Positions 18,735 to 27,765 of a DNA stretch of 64,000 nucleotides are shown piece after piece. Every line of letters begins with the position of its first letter. Within the stretch, counting starts at the first letter, position 1. The translations under genes were made by a program, and so were the position numbers. Source of the stretch: an uncultured Acidimicrobiia bacterium (GTDB lineage Bacteria > Actinomycetota > Acidimicrobiia > IMCC26256 > JAENVU01); assembly GCA_963752335.1 (NCBI GenBank), contig CAVVXW010000003.1:274672-338671 (forward strand). The letters run 5' to 3'. The notes under the pieces were generated by a model. That model saw only the letters and a list, made by a program, of their open reading frames with translations, was not told the DNA's origin and made no database searches.

Positions 18735-18763
18735 CGCCACCGGAGCCCGGTAGGTCTTCCCAC

Positions 18764-19604
18764 GTGATTCACGTCGTCACCGTTCACTTCATGGACGATC
18801 GTTGGATCGGTCCGCAGCTCCGTTTCCTGCGCCGGAACCTGACCGAGGAGTTCAAGGTCTGGGGATGCCTGAACGGCATCGATCCCGGGTGGGCCGAGGT
18901 GTTCGACGCCACCTTCGACCTCGAGGGCAAGCACGCGGAGAAGCTCAACGAGCTCGCGCGGATCGTCGCGGAGTCGGGGGCTGCGCCCGAGGACCTGCTG
19001 CTCTTCCTCGACGGGGACGCGTTCCCGATCGCTCCGGTCGGGCGGGACCTGCTGAACGATCGTCCACTGGCCGCGGTCCGCCAGGACGAGTGCAACGGCG
19101 ATCGTCAGCCGCATCCCTGCTTCTGCCTGACGACGGTCGGGTTCTGGACCGACATCGGAGGCGACTGGCGCCAGGGCTATCAGTGGGAGGTCGAGGTCGG
19201 CGGGACCATGACCGATGTCGGCGGCAACCTGCTCGGGATCCTGGAGCGAAACCAGATCGAGTGGCAGCCGTTGCTGCGGTCGAACTCGTTGCCCGAGGAG
19301 GACCCGATGCTCTTCGGGATCTACGCCGACACCGTGTACCACCACGGTGCCGGGTTCCGGGTGCCGAAGTCGCGTCAGATGTTGATGGGCAGCCGCCAGA
19401 CGGTGCTCCGGGCGGCCTCGGCTGCCCGCACGCCGATGTGGGTACCCGTGGTCGGTCGCATCGAGCGCTCGGCCCGGTACCGGATCTCGGAGTACCGCTA
19501 CCGCTCGCGCGTCGCCGATCTCGCGTCCCGCGCCGACGAGCGCGAGCGACCGCGTGTTCCGCAAGATCCTGACCGACGACGAGTTCTTCCGTCAGCTGAC
19601 CTGA
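18764..19604 (+). CDS. Hypothetical protein, possibly a GT-A-like transferase (LFLDGDAFP). One frame break at about 19550.
   Basis: MIHVVTVHFMDDRWIGPQLRFLRRNL... shows good coding character. A plausible C-terminus, VFRKILTDDEFFRQLT-stop, lies in another frame and ends at 19604. Function is not recognised. Confidence 0.55.
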
Positions 19605-20284
19605 CCCCGTCGTCCGTCGAGGACCCTGCGGACCGCGCGCGCCGGGCGCACGATGGTCCGGTTGTACGCGGTGCCGGCGAACGTGCGGACCTGCTCGCTC
19701 GCGGTCAACGGATGCTGGTGGATCAGCGTCTGATCGGCGCGTCGCTCCAGCGCCGCGCGCCATCGCTCGGGCGGGATGGTGGGATCGAGGAACGACAACG
19801 TCGACGAGAGGTATCCCGCGTCGGACGCGAAACGCGGGAACACCAGGAGGGTGACCGGCACGTCGTGGCGCGCCAGCGTGTACATGAGCTCGTACTGCAG
19901 GAGGGCGAGCGCCTCACGCTGGCGGGTGGCCGAACGGGTCCCGAGGAGTCCGCCCGGCGACGCGAGATCGGCGCCGTAGCGCGTGTTGCGGACCCGGCTG
20001 GCCGCGGCGACGTCGAGATCGCGCATCGGGATGATCGCGTGCTCGAGCCGGACCCGTCCGCTCTCGAGGAGCCCGTCGAGCCGGCGGATCGCCGTCGGGC
20101 TCTTCACGATCCGGGGTCCGCGGGGATCGTCGAGCGGCTGCTCGAGGCCCGCGTGCGTGCGCTCGTCGATCGGTGCGTCGGGAGTGAAGCCGGTGTCGAG
20201 CCCGAGGTCGGTCAGCACCTGGACGAGCAGCGTCGTCCCCGCGCGGCCGGTGCCGGTGATCAGGATCTTCGCTGGCGGGTTCAC
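19592..20284 (-). CDS. Short sulfotransferase-fold protein, paralogue 2 of 3 (GTGRAGTT family)
   Basis: KILITGTGRAGTTLLVQVLTDLGLDTGF and MRDLDVAAASRVR. GTG start 12 nt after the upstream stop. Confidence 0.7.
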   Translation of the reverse strand: MNPPAKILITGTGRAGTTLLVQVLTDLGLDTGFTPDAPIDERTHAGLEQPLDDPRGPRIVKSPTAIRRLDGLLESGRVRLEHAIIPMRDLDVAAASRVRNTRYGADLASPGGLLGTRSATRQREALALLQYELMYTLARHDVPVTLLVFPRFASDAGYLSSTLSFLDPTIPPERWRAALERRADQTLIHQHPLTASEQVRTFAGTAYNRTIVRPARAVRRVLDGRRGQVS

Positions 20285-20296
20285 GCTCGTCCGGTC

Positions 20297-20989
20297 CTAG
20301 TACCGGGATCGATCCCGGTAGCCGAAGTGCGCGATCTCGCGCGCGAACACCCTCGCGATCCGATCGTCGAGCTCGGGAGTGAAGACGGCGTCGGGCCGAG
20401 TCGGATCCGACCGACTGGTGCTCTTCTCCCTCGAGAGCTGGACCGGCGCATCGATCCCGATCTCGCGCAGGGCCGTCCCGAGGTCGGCATCCAACCGGTC
20501 GACCTGCCCGATGAAGTCCATCGCCGGCGTCCCGTCGAGCGAGTAGAGGCTCCAATCAGAGACGAGCGGTCCCTGCAGGATGAACTCCCGGAACGTCGCC
20601 GGGGTCGAGACGTCCGTGCGGGTCCGGCGGAAGTAGAACTGCGACACCACCTTGTCCCACGGGTCGCGTTCGAAGCAGAACTTGAAGTACGAGTCCCAGA
20701 CGCGCGCGCCGACGCGCTCGCGGATGCGTTGCGCGTCGATGTGGTTGTAGAAGGCGTTCCGTCGTAGGGAGGACTTTGCCGGTCCGACGATGTGACCGGT
20801 GCGGCGCATCTCCGGCACGGGGTTGAACACGCGCCGGTAGTTCCGAGCGAGGTGACCGGCGACCGGGGGCTTCACCGGTGTCACGATCGCGCCGGGTTCC
20901 ACGAGTCGGTCGAGGAACACCTCGACGGAGGTGCCCGCGGTCTTGCGGGTCTTGACGAAGATGAAGCGGTGCTCGTGGGAGATGATCAT
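20297..20989 (-). CDS. Sulfotransferase family protein (Sulfotransfer_2-like)
   Basis: MIISHEHRFIFVKTRKTAGTSVEVFL, the typical N-terminus of carbohydrate sulfotransferase family 2. ATG at 20989 overlaps the upstream stop (ATGA). Confidence 0.7.
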   Translation of the reverse strand: MIISHEHRFIFVKTRKTAGTSVEVFLDRLVEPGAIVTPVKPPVAGHLARNYRRVFNPVPEMRRTGHIVGPAKSSLRRNAFYNHIDAQRIRERVGARVWDSYFKFCFERDPWDKVVSQFYFRRTRTDVSTPATFREFILQGPLVSDWSLYSLDGTPAMDFIGQVDRLDADLGTALREIGIDAPVQLSREKSTSRSDPTRPDAVFTPELDDRIARVFAREIAHFGYRDRSRY

Positions 20990-21906
20990 CGGAGATCGAC
21001 GCCGTAGCGCTCGGCAAGTCTGGTGTTCGACGCCTCGAATCGTTCGCGGATCCACCGTTCGGTGTCCGTGTCGAAGAATGGTCGGGTCGGCGCCGGCAAC
21101 CGCGAAGCCACGTAGGCGATCGGCCCGCGCCAGACCGGTTTGAGCGATAGCAGAGGGTAGGGGTTGAGCCCGCCGCGTTCGAAGTGGTTCATGAACCGCT
21201 GCACGTTCATGAGCCGGCGCGGCAGTCCGGAGTTCACACGCTGGCGGAGCTCGTCGTCGGGAATCACGGGCCAGGGCTCGATCGCGAGGAACGTCGCGAG
21301 GTCGTCGAGGAACGCGCGAGGATCGGCGCTGAGCGCCCGCAGGTCGTAGAGCCGGATGTTCGCCCTTCCGAAGCGCTCTGCGTACTTGTCGGCGAGCAGG
21401 TCGTACTCGTATCGGCTCAGGTCGAAGCCCACCCGCATCGCGAGGCGTGGCGGTCCGTGGAGGAAGGCCGAGAGCGGCGCCGGGGTCCCTTCGCGGACGA
21501 GCTGGCGGTACTCGGACTCGAGCATCCCGACCTGCTCACGGACCACGCAGAACACGCACGCGTCGGGAACGGTCGCCGCGAGCCGGTTCGCCGTGCGGAC
21601 GCTGTCGTAGCCGCCCGTGCTCCCGTGCCCCGACAACCGCTCCGCCGAGACCAGCACGATGTCGTCCGGGCCGAGATCGAGCTCGGCGACGCGGTCGTCG
21701 AAGAGCTTGCGAGCCACGACCGGATCGAACGAGCGGTCCGGGGTCGTGAGGATCTCGCTCAGGAATGGATCGCGCGAGTACAGGCGCTCGGTCACAAAGC
21801 GACCGATCCGAGGATGGCGCGACATCGCGACGTCCTGGAACCACGTGCTCGCGGTCTTGCGGTAGCCGATGTGGAACGCGACCCTCGGACCACCGGACGA
21901 GCTCAT
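20986..21906 (-). CDS. Sulfotransferase-like protein (GY[RH]KTASTW family), tandem copy 1
   Basis: VAFHIGYRKTASTWFQDVA as N-terminal P-loop. 306 codons. ATGA overlaps at both ends. Roughly three-quarters identical by eye to 21903..22808. Confidence 0.6.
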   Translation of the reverse strand: MSSSGGPRVAFHIGYRKTASTWFQDVAMSRHPRIGRFVTERLYSRDPFLSEILTTPDRSFDPVVARKLFDDRVAELDLGPDDIVLVSAERLSGHGSTGGYDSVRTANRLAATVPDACVFCVVREQVGMLESEYRQLVREGTPAPLSAFLHGPPRLAMRVGFDLSRYEYDLLADKYAERFGRANIRLYDLRALSADPRAFLDDLATFLAIEPWPVIPDDELRQRVNSGLPRRLMNVQRFMNHFERGGLNPYPLLSLKPVWRGPIAYVASRLPAPTRPFFDTDTERWIRERFEASNTRLAERYGVDLR

Positions 21907-22808
21907 CGGAGCTCGATGCCGTAGCGCTCGGCCAGCCGCGCGTTCGACGTATCGAATCGCCGGCGGATCCACTCTTGGGTCGTCGTGTCGAAGAAGGGTC
22001 GCGTGGGAGCCGGCAGTCTCGACGCGGCCGCGGCGATGGGTCGGCGCCAGACCGGTGTGAGCGAGACGAGCGGGTAGGGGTTGAGGCCACCACGTTCGAA
22101 GTGGTTCATGAACCGCTGCAGGTTCATGAGTCGCCGAGGAAGTCCGGTGTTCACACGTCGGCGGAGCTCGTCCTCGGGAATGGTGGGCCAGGGCTCGATC
22201 TGCAGGAACTCCGCGACATCGTCGAGGAAGGCTCGCGGGTCCTGCGCGAGCGCACGCAGGTCGTGGAGCTGGACGTGGTCCGGACCGAAGAGCTCGGCGT
22301 AGCGGTCGGCGAGCAGGTCGTACTCGTAGCGACCGAGGTCGAAGCCGACGCGCATCCCGAGGCGGACGGGGCCGTGGAGGAACGCGTCGATCGTCGCCGG
22401 GGTTCCCTCGCGGACGAGCTGGCGGTACTCGGATTCGAGCATCCCGACCTGCTCGCGGACGACCCAGAACACCCGCGCGTCCGGAACGGTCGCCGCGAGC
22501 CGGGTCGCGGTCCGGACACCGTCGTAACCGCCGGTGCCGCCGTAGCCGCACAGCCGCTCGGCCGAGACGAGCACGACGTCGCCGGGACCGGCATCCAGCG
22601 CCGTCACCCGTTCGTCGAAGAGCTTGCGCGCCAGTGCCGCGTCGAACGAGTGGTCCGGCGTCATCAGGATCTCGTGGAGGAACGGGTCGCGCACGGGCGC
22701 GACGGTCAGGAACCGACGGATGCGAGGATGGCGCGGCATCGCGACGTCCTGGAACCACGTGCTCGCCGTCTTGTGGTAGCCGATGTGGAACGCGACCCGC
22801 GTGCTCAC
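21903..22808 (-). CDS. Sulfotransferase-like protein (GY[RH]KTASTW family), tandem copy 2
   Basis: VAFHIGYHKTASTWFQDVA. GTG at 22808 overlaps the upstream stop (GTGA). Collinear with the downstream copy. Confidence 0.6.
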   Translation of the reverse strand: MSTRVAFHIGYHKTASTWFQDVAMPRHPRIRRFLTVAPVRDPFLHEILMTPDHSFDAALARKLFDERVTALDAGPGDVVLVSAERLCGYGGTGGYDGVRTATRLAATVPDARVFWVVREQVGMLESEYRQLVREGTPATIDAFLHGPVRLGMRVGFDLGRYEYDLLADRYAELFGPDHVQLHDLRALAQDPRAFLDDVAEFLQIEPWPTIPEDELRRRVNTGLPRRLMNLQRFMNHFERGGLNPYPLVSLTPVWRRPIAAAASRLPAPTRPFFDTTTQEWIRRRFDTSNARLAERYGIELR

Positions 22809-23835
22809 GACGCGAGGAACGCGGCGTCGACCGGGACGGTGGCCTTCTTGGTGCTCGCGTCGGCGTAGTAGTTGTCGGGCAGATGGCGGACGAGCGCGAC
22901 GTCGAGCGGTGCGAAGTGGCGATCGTCGATCCGGCGCAACGGGACGACGTTGCGGGAGTGCGCGCCGCGCGGCACGTCGTCGAAGATCGCGCCGGCGGCG
23001 GCTCGTTCGCGGACGGCCCACGCGCCCCCCAGCGCGGTCGAGACCTGGCTCCGACGCACGCCGCGGAACGCCGAGGTCGTGAAGTGTGCGGTCGCGAGCG
23101 GCGCATCGAGCACGTAGAACCCCTGGTAGGGCTGGCGCATGTTCACGAACACCTCGGCGTCGATCGCGGTTCCCGTCGGCGGTGCGAACGTGACGAGCTC
23201 CGAGAGCGCGTGCGCCTGATACGGGCTGGTGAGGCGGCGGTCGCCGGCCGGACCCTCGACTCTGGTGAACCCCGGGAGGAGGCCGAGGCGATCGAGCACC
23301 GGTCGGTACTCGGTCCAGTAGGCGAGCGCCCCGGCGCGAGGGCGAGGTCGTCCTCGATGTAGACGAGATGGTCCAGCCCGTGGTCGAACGCGCGGTCGGC
23401 GATCACCAGGGAGTGGAAGAGCTCCTTGTGGCCCCAGGTCAACCGGAACGGATGGTCCTGATCGAGGCCGGGCCAGCGGACGCACGCGACGCCCCCGGTC
23501 TGACTCATGAGGAACTCGGTGACGCCCTCGAGGCCGGGGAACACCCTGGTGACGGTGTCGTCACGGGCGACGACGTCGGCGACCGCGCTCGGCTCGTTGG
23601 TCACGATGGCGCAGCTCACTGCGGGCGTCTGGCGCAACAGCGCGTCGAGCGTCTGGATCAGGTAGTCGCCGCGTTCCTCGACGCGCCAGTGTGAGATCGC
23701 ACCGATGCAACGTCCCGGGCGGGTCGCGAAGGCGGCCGGGCGCCGTCGGCCGCGGGCCCGGGCCACGACGCGGTCGACGGACTCGAGCGTGGGTCCCGCC
23801 ACGGGGGCGATCCTTCGGTGCAGGCGTTGCGCCAT
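22805..23835 (-). CDS. Hypothetical protein (possible transferase, YIEDD motif). One frame break in a C run at 23329-23332.
   Basis: N-terminal part from track ORF 23143..23835 (up to HLVYIEDDLALAPG). C-terminal part from track ORF 22805..23485 (from ALAYWTEYRPVLDRLG). No family recognised. Confidence 0.5.
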
Positions 23836-23845
23836 CGCCGTGTCG

Positions 23846-24547
23846 CTACGGGGACGATCGCGGACGCAACCGGACGCGGAGCCGAACGAGCGCCGCTCGC
23901 CCGACGGTGAACGGGACCAGGGCCTTGGCCCGGGTCTGCTCCGCGGGCTGGAGCGGCACCTCGTGGATCCAGCTCGGGCGGACCCGGGCCGTGAAGACCT
24001 CTTCGAAGCGCTCGGGCGAGATGCCGGTGAGCAACCAGGAGAGCCGCTCGTAGGTGTAGCGCCAGTCCTCGGCGAAACGCGGAAACGACAGGAAGGTGTG
24101 GGGGAGATCGTATTCGGCGATGATCACGACGAGCTCCCCGAGCAACTCGGCCAATGCCTTCCTCTGCCGCCAGTACTGCTTGGTGCCCCACATGCCGCCC
24201 TGGGCGTCGGTGGTCTTGCCGTAGTCGGCGGCCCGGATGCGGCTCGCGGCCGCGACGTCCAGATCCCGGACCGGGACGATGACGTGCTCGATGTGCACCG
24301 TGCCGTCATCGAGGACCTCTCGCATCTTCGGGCCGAGGTTCGGCCACTTCACGATCCGCGGCGAGTCGGGTCGTAGCGTGCGTTCGAGCCCCGCGCGATG
24401 CGACTCGTTGATCTCGACGCCGGGCTCGAAGCTCGTGTCCAACCCGAGATCGGTGAGGATGGCGACGAGCAGGGTGGTTCCGGCCCGCCCGGTACCGGTG
24501 ATCACGACCTTCGAATCCGGATTCGGTGTTGCCTCGGGCCTGCGCAC
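23846..24547 (-). CDS. Short sulfotransferase-fold protein, paralogue 3 of 3 (GTGRAGTT family)
   Basis: KVVITGTGRAGTTLLVAILTDLGLDTSF and VRDLDVAAASRIR. GTG at 24547 with GAGGA 5 nt upstream. Only the last 233 codons of the 576-aa track ORF look real. Confidence 0.7.
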   Translation of the reverse strand: MRRPEATPNPDSKVVITGTGRAGTTLLVAILTDLGLDTSFEPGVEINESHRAGLERTLRPDSPRIVKWPNLGPKMREVLDDGTVHIEHVIVPVRDLDVAAASRIRAADYGKTTDAQGGMWGTKQYWRQRKALAELLGELVVIIAEYDLPHTFLSFPRFAEDWRYTYERLSWLLTGISPERFEEVFTARVRPSWIHEVPLQPAEQTRAKALVPFTVGRAALVRLRVRLRPRSSP

Positions 24548-24663
24548 AGCCGTCCTCGTACTCGCGGGGCCGCAACGATAGCGGACCCCTGGAGTGGCTC
24601 CGGCGGCCGGACGACCCGACGAACGGGCCTCGCCCCGGTCGCGGCGCGCCGGTCCTGTGCGTC

Positions 24664-25659
24664 TCAGGGCCGGTCCGGAGCAGCGGTCGCGCCGGTGTCG
24701 TCGGCACGGGGACCGAGATCGACGGAGGCGATGAAATGTCGCTGTCGACGGATCCTCCGCTCGGCCACACGCCGACGCGATGTGCCCCGTCGACCGACGC
24801 GCGCGACGACCCGGGCGGCGAATCCGTCGTGCGCGACGTACCCGAATCGTTCGAGCATCGGCGCGCAGATGCGCGTGATCCGGGCGGCCTCGGCCGCGCG
24901 CAGCTCGTCGCGCCAGTGCTCGATCCGCTGATCGGTGATGTCCTCTCCACCGCGGTCCTTCCAGTGCTCCCACGCCAGCCCCAGCGACGGAGGCGGGGAG
25001 CTCGGCTCGGCGTCGATGGCCTCCACGCCGATCAGGTCGGCGATTGCGGTCCGTGCGGATCGTGGTTCGGTGACGACGTCCTCGTACCGCAGGATGAGTG
25101 ACCGCTCGGCCCGCGTCGACGCGATCGCATCCAGCCGACGCTGCGCGTCGAGCCATCGGGTCGCCTGCGCCTCCGCAGAGCTCCCGCCCCAGGGCACCTC
25201 CCGCCGGGACACGATGACCGCACGTGGATCGCGCACGACACCGATGACCCGGAGCTCCGGTCGGAGCGCGCAGAGACGGTCGACCCAGTCGACGTGTCCC
25301 GGTGTCTTCTCGCCGAGGACCTCGTGCGGACCCGCGGCAGTGGCGACCACGGCATCGAACAGCTCGAGCGCATCTCGCGCCTGCCCGCCCAGCCGATCGA
25401 CGATCGCCGGGACGTCGAGGTCGGCACCTTCGAGGGCGGGGAGCTCGGCGTACCGGTCGAGCGCCTCGCGGAGCGCGCGTGCGCCGAGGGGGAAGCCCCC
25501 GGTTTCGGTGACCCCGGCGATGCCCTTCGTGAAGAAGTGCGTCTCGAAGGGGACGACGACGCCGGGGAGTTCGCACGCGAGTCGTTGCACCAGTGTCGTT
25601 CCGGAGCGAGGGGAGCCGACGATCAGGAACGAGACCCGGCCGGGCACCATCTCCGCCAC
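24664..25659 (-). CDS. Sulfotransferase (Sulfotransfer_1/3-like)
   Basis: VSFLIVGSPRSGTTLVQRL and VIGVVRDPRAVIVSRR. Confidence 0.85.
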   Translation of the reverse strand: MAEMVPGRVSFLIVGSPRSGTTLVQRLACELPGVVVPFETHFFTKGIAGVTETGGFPLGARALREALDRYAELPALEGADLDVPAIVDRLGGQARDALELFDAVVATAAGPHEVLGEKTPGHVDWVDRLCALRPELRVIGVVRDPRAVIVSRREVPWGGSSAEAQATRWLDAQRRLDAIASTRAERSLILRYEDVVTEPRSARTAIADLIGVEAIDAEPSSPPPSLGLAWEHWKDRGGEDITDQRIEHWRDELRAAEAARITRICAPMLERFGYVAHDGFAARVVARVGRRGTSRRRVAERRIRRQRHFIASVDLGPRADDTGATAAPDRP

Positions 25660-25821
25660 CCTAGTGAGCCCCGTTCCGCACCCGGTCTCGTCGCGCGGCG
25701 TCCCGCCGTCCCGGGTCGAGGCTCCGGTCGAGCTGCACGGGGTTCGCGCGTCTCACGTGCGTCGAGGACAGAGGCCGACGGTGCCCGAGGAGTTCTGCAC
25801 GACGTTCTGCGCCTGCTAAAG

Positions 25822-26640
25822 ATGGCACGCGTGGAATCGGCGGCGTTGCCCTCCAGAGCGAGCAAGGCGTTGATCTACGTGAACTCGTCGCACGATGATC
25901 ACGCGTACGTGCGTGAGTCCCAACGTTCGGCCGCGAGCTTCCGGCAGTTCATTCCCGATGCGACCTATATCCTCCATACGGATGCCGAGGGATTCGACGG
26001 CGAGCCGTTCGACCATGTCGTGCCGACGCAGTTCCACGTTCCCGACAATCTCGCCCACACGATCCACAAGAACGGCCAAATGGTGGCGAAGCTCGCCGCG
26101 CTCCCGTTGGCGACGCAGGAGCGCGTTCTCTATCTGGGCAGCGACACCTACGCCCTGAGGCCGGCCGTGGCGAGCATCTTCGATCTCTTGGATCGCTTCG
26201 ACATCGTGGCCGCGCACGCCCCGCTTCGGATCAATGACAAGCGCGGCAACAGTCCGATTCCCGAGATCCCGCCCAGCTTTCCCGAGTTCAACTGCGATCT
26301 GGTCCTGTTCCGGAACTCGCCCGAGGTGAAGGACTTCCTCCGTCAATGGCGAGATCTGTATCTGGCGCATGAGTTCGGACACCCGCACGACCAAGGCGCG
26401 TTCCGCTACCTCGCCTACTTCAGCGACCTTCGAATCGCCACACTCCCCGAGGAGTACAACTACCGGGGCAAGGTCTGGCGACCGGACACCGTCGTGCTCC
26501 AGAATCGCGACCTGCTGGATGACTACCTTCGGCATGAGGAGCCCCGCGAGCTCGCGGGAGCCACCCAACCCGCGCGCGGCCTCTATCGCGCGTTGCGGGC
26601 AAGGACCAAGAAGCGCTTGCGTCCTCGTGGCGCGCGGTAG
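25822..26640 (+). CDS. Hypothetical protein, possibly a nucleotide-diphospho-sugar transferase (GT-A-like)
   Basis: ATG at 25822 inside track ORF 25294..26640. LYLGSDTYALRP and FNCDLVLFRNSPEVKDFL resemble GT8/Nucleotid_trans-type proteins. Visibly lower GC than its neighbours. Confidence 0.5.
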   Translation: MARVESAALPSRASKALIYVNSSHDDHAYVRESQRSAASFRQFIPDATYILHTDAEGFDGEPFDHVVPTQFHVPDNLAHTIHKNGQMVAKLAALPLATQERVLYLGSDTYALRPAVASIFDLLDRFDIVAAHAPLRINDKRGNSPIPEIPPSFPEFNCDLVLFRNSPEVKDFLRQWRDLYLAHEFGHPHDQGAFRYLAYFSDLRIATLPEEYNYRGKVWRPDTVVLQNRDLLDDYLRHEEPRELAGATQPARGLYRALRARTKKRLRPRGAR

Positions 26641-26699
26641 CTGGTGAAGCGAATGCACCGCGAACCGCCGGTTTTGAACGCCACGAGATCGGTGCGCGT

Positions 26700-27720
26700 G
26701 TGACCGACCGGGTGCGCCTGCTCGCCGTGCTGGGCATGCACCGGAGCGGAACGTCGTCGCTCGCGGCGGGGCTCGAGGCCTGCGGAGCTGACTTCGGCGC
26801 CAACCTGTTGGCTCCCAAGCGGAGCGTGAACGCACGCGGCTATTGGGAGGACCGCCAGGTCCTGGCGTTGCACAACGACTACTTCCGCCGCGATCGGCTC
26901 CCGATGGGACGACGTGCTCTCGTTGCGACGCTCGGATTCGTTGGACACCGACCTGGCGGAGGAGCAGCTGTCCGACGGGATTCGACGCTGGTTGCTCGCG
27001 AGGCGGGCAGGGGGGCTTCACGGCGTGAAGGATCCGCGCATGTGCCGTTTTCTCCCGACGTGGATGGACATGACGAGCACGCTTGGAATGGATCTCCGAT
27101 TCGCCGTCGTCGTGCGGTCACCTCATGAGGTCATCGCCTCGTTGACCGCTCGGGACAACTTCTCGGCCTTGAAGGGCGCTCTGCTCTACCTCGACCACAC
27201 GTGTCGCGCTGAGCATCTGACGCGGGAGCATCCGCGGTCGTTCGTACGGTACGACCGCCTCATCGCGGATCCGGGGCCCGAGCTCCACAGAGTGATCCGT
27301 ACCGTCGATCTCGCCGCGTCTCTGACCGTCCCGTCTGATGTGGCGCAGGTCTATGACCCGGAGCTTCGCCACCACTCGATCTCCGCCGCTGCGGATCGAA
27401 CGATGCCGGACTGGGTTGCCGCCTCCCTCGAATCCGCGTACGGAGCCCTGTGTTCGCTGGCCGACGGCGATCCGGTCGGACCCCCCTCCCGGTCCGAGCT
27501 CGATCGAATTCGTTCACAACTCGAGGAGTTGGAGCTCTCGGTGCCACAGGAGATCGTGAACTGCGTCATCGAGGACCGGCTCGCCGAGACCGCGGCATGG
27601 GAACGGTCGAGGAGCACGACCGCGCGACCGACGACGTCGAGACCACGACGGGTTCGCTCGCGTCTGAGGCGATGGGCCCGCAACGTTGCCGGCCGCGCAC
27701 GTGCCCGCGGTGCCCGATAG
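26700..27720 (+). CDS. Sulfotransferase. One frame break at about 26886.
   Basis: LLAVLGMHRSGTSSLAAGL (track ORF 26700..27128) joins GVKDPRMCRFLPTW and VVVRSPHEVIASL (track ORF 26914..27720). Removing one C gives HNDYFAAIGSRWDDVLSL. Confidence 0.75.
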
Positions 27721-27765
27721 CGCCGACCGGTCCCACGGGGCTGCACCCGCGCGCGACCACCGCAG

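Noticed and set aside
16149-18767. 872-aa plus-strand ORF
   Set aside because: Only 16461..17400 (GNAT) shows protein-like sequence. The remainder is Arg/Gly/Pro-rich antisense of the glycosyltransferase 17466..18590 and runs through the hexamer repeat (HPHPHPHPQPQPQ).
20986-23106. 706-aa minus-strand ORF, and likewise the 576-aa ORF 23846..25576
   Set aside because: In both, only the C-terminal portions (306 and 233 codons) have protein-like composition and conserved motifs. The N-terminal parts are Arg/Pro-rich read-through across neighbouring genes in other frames.
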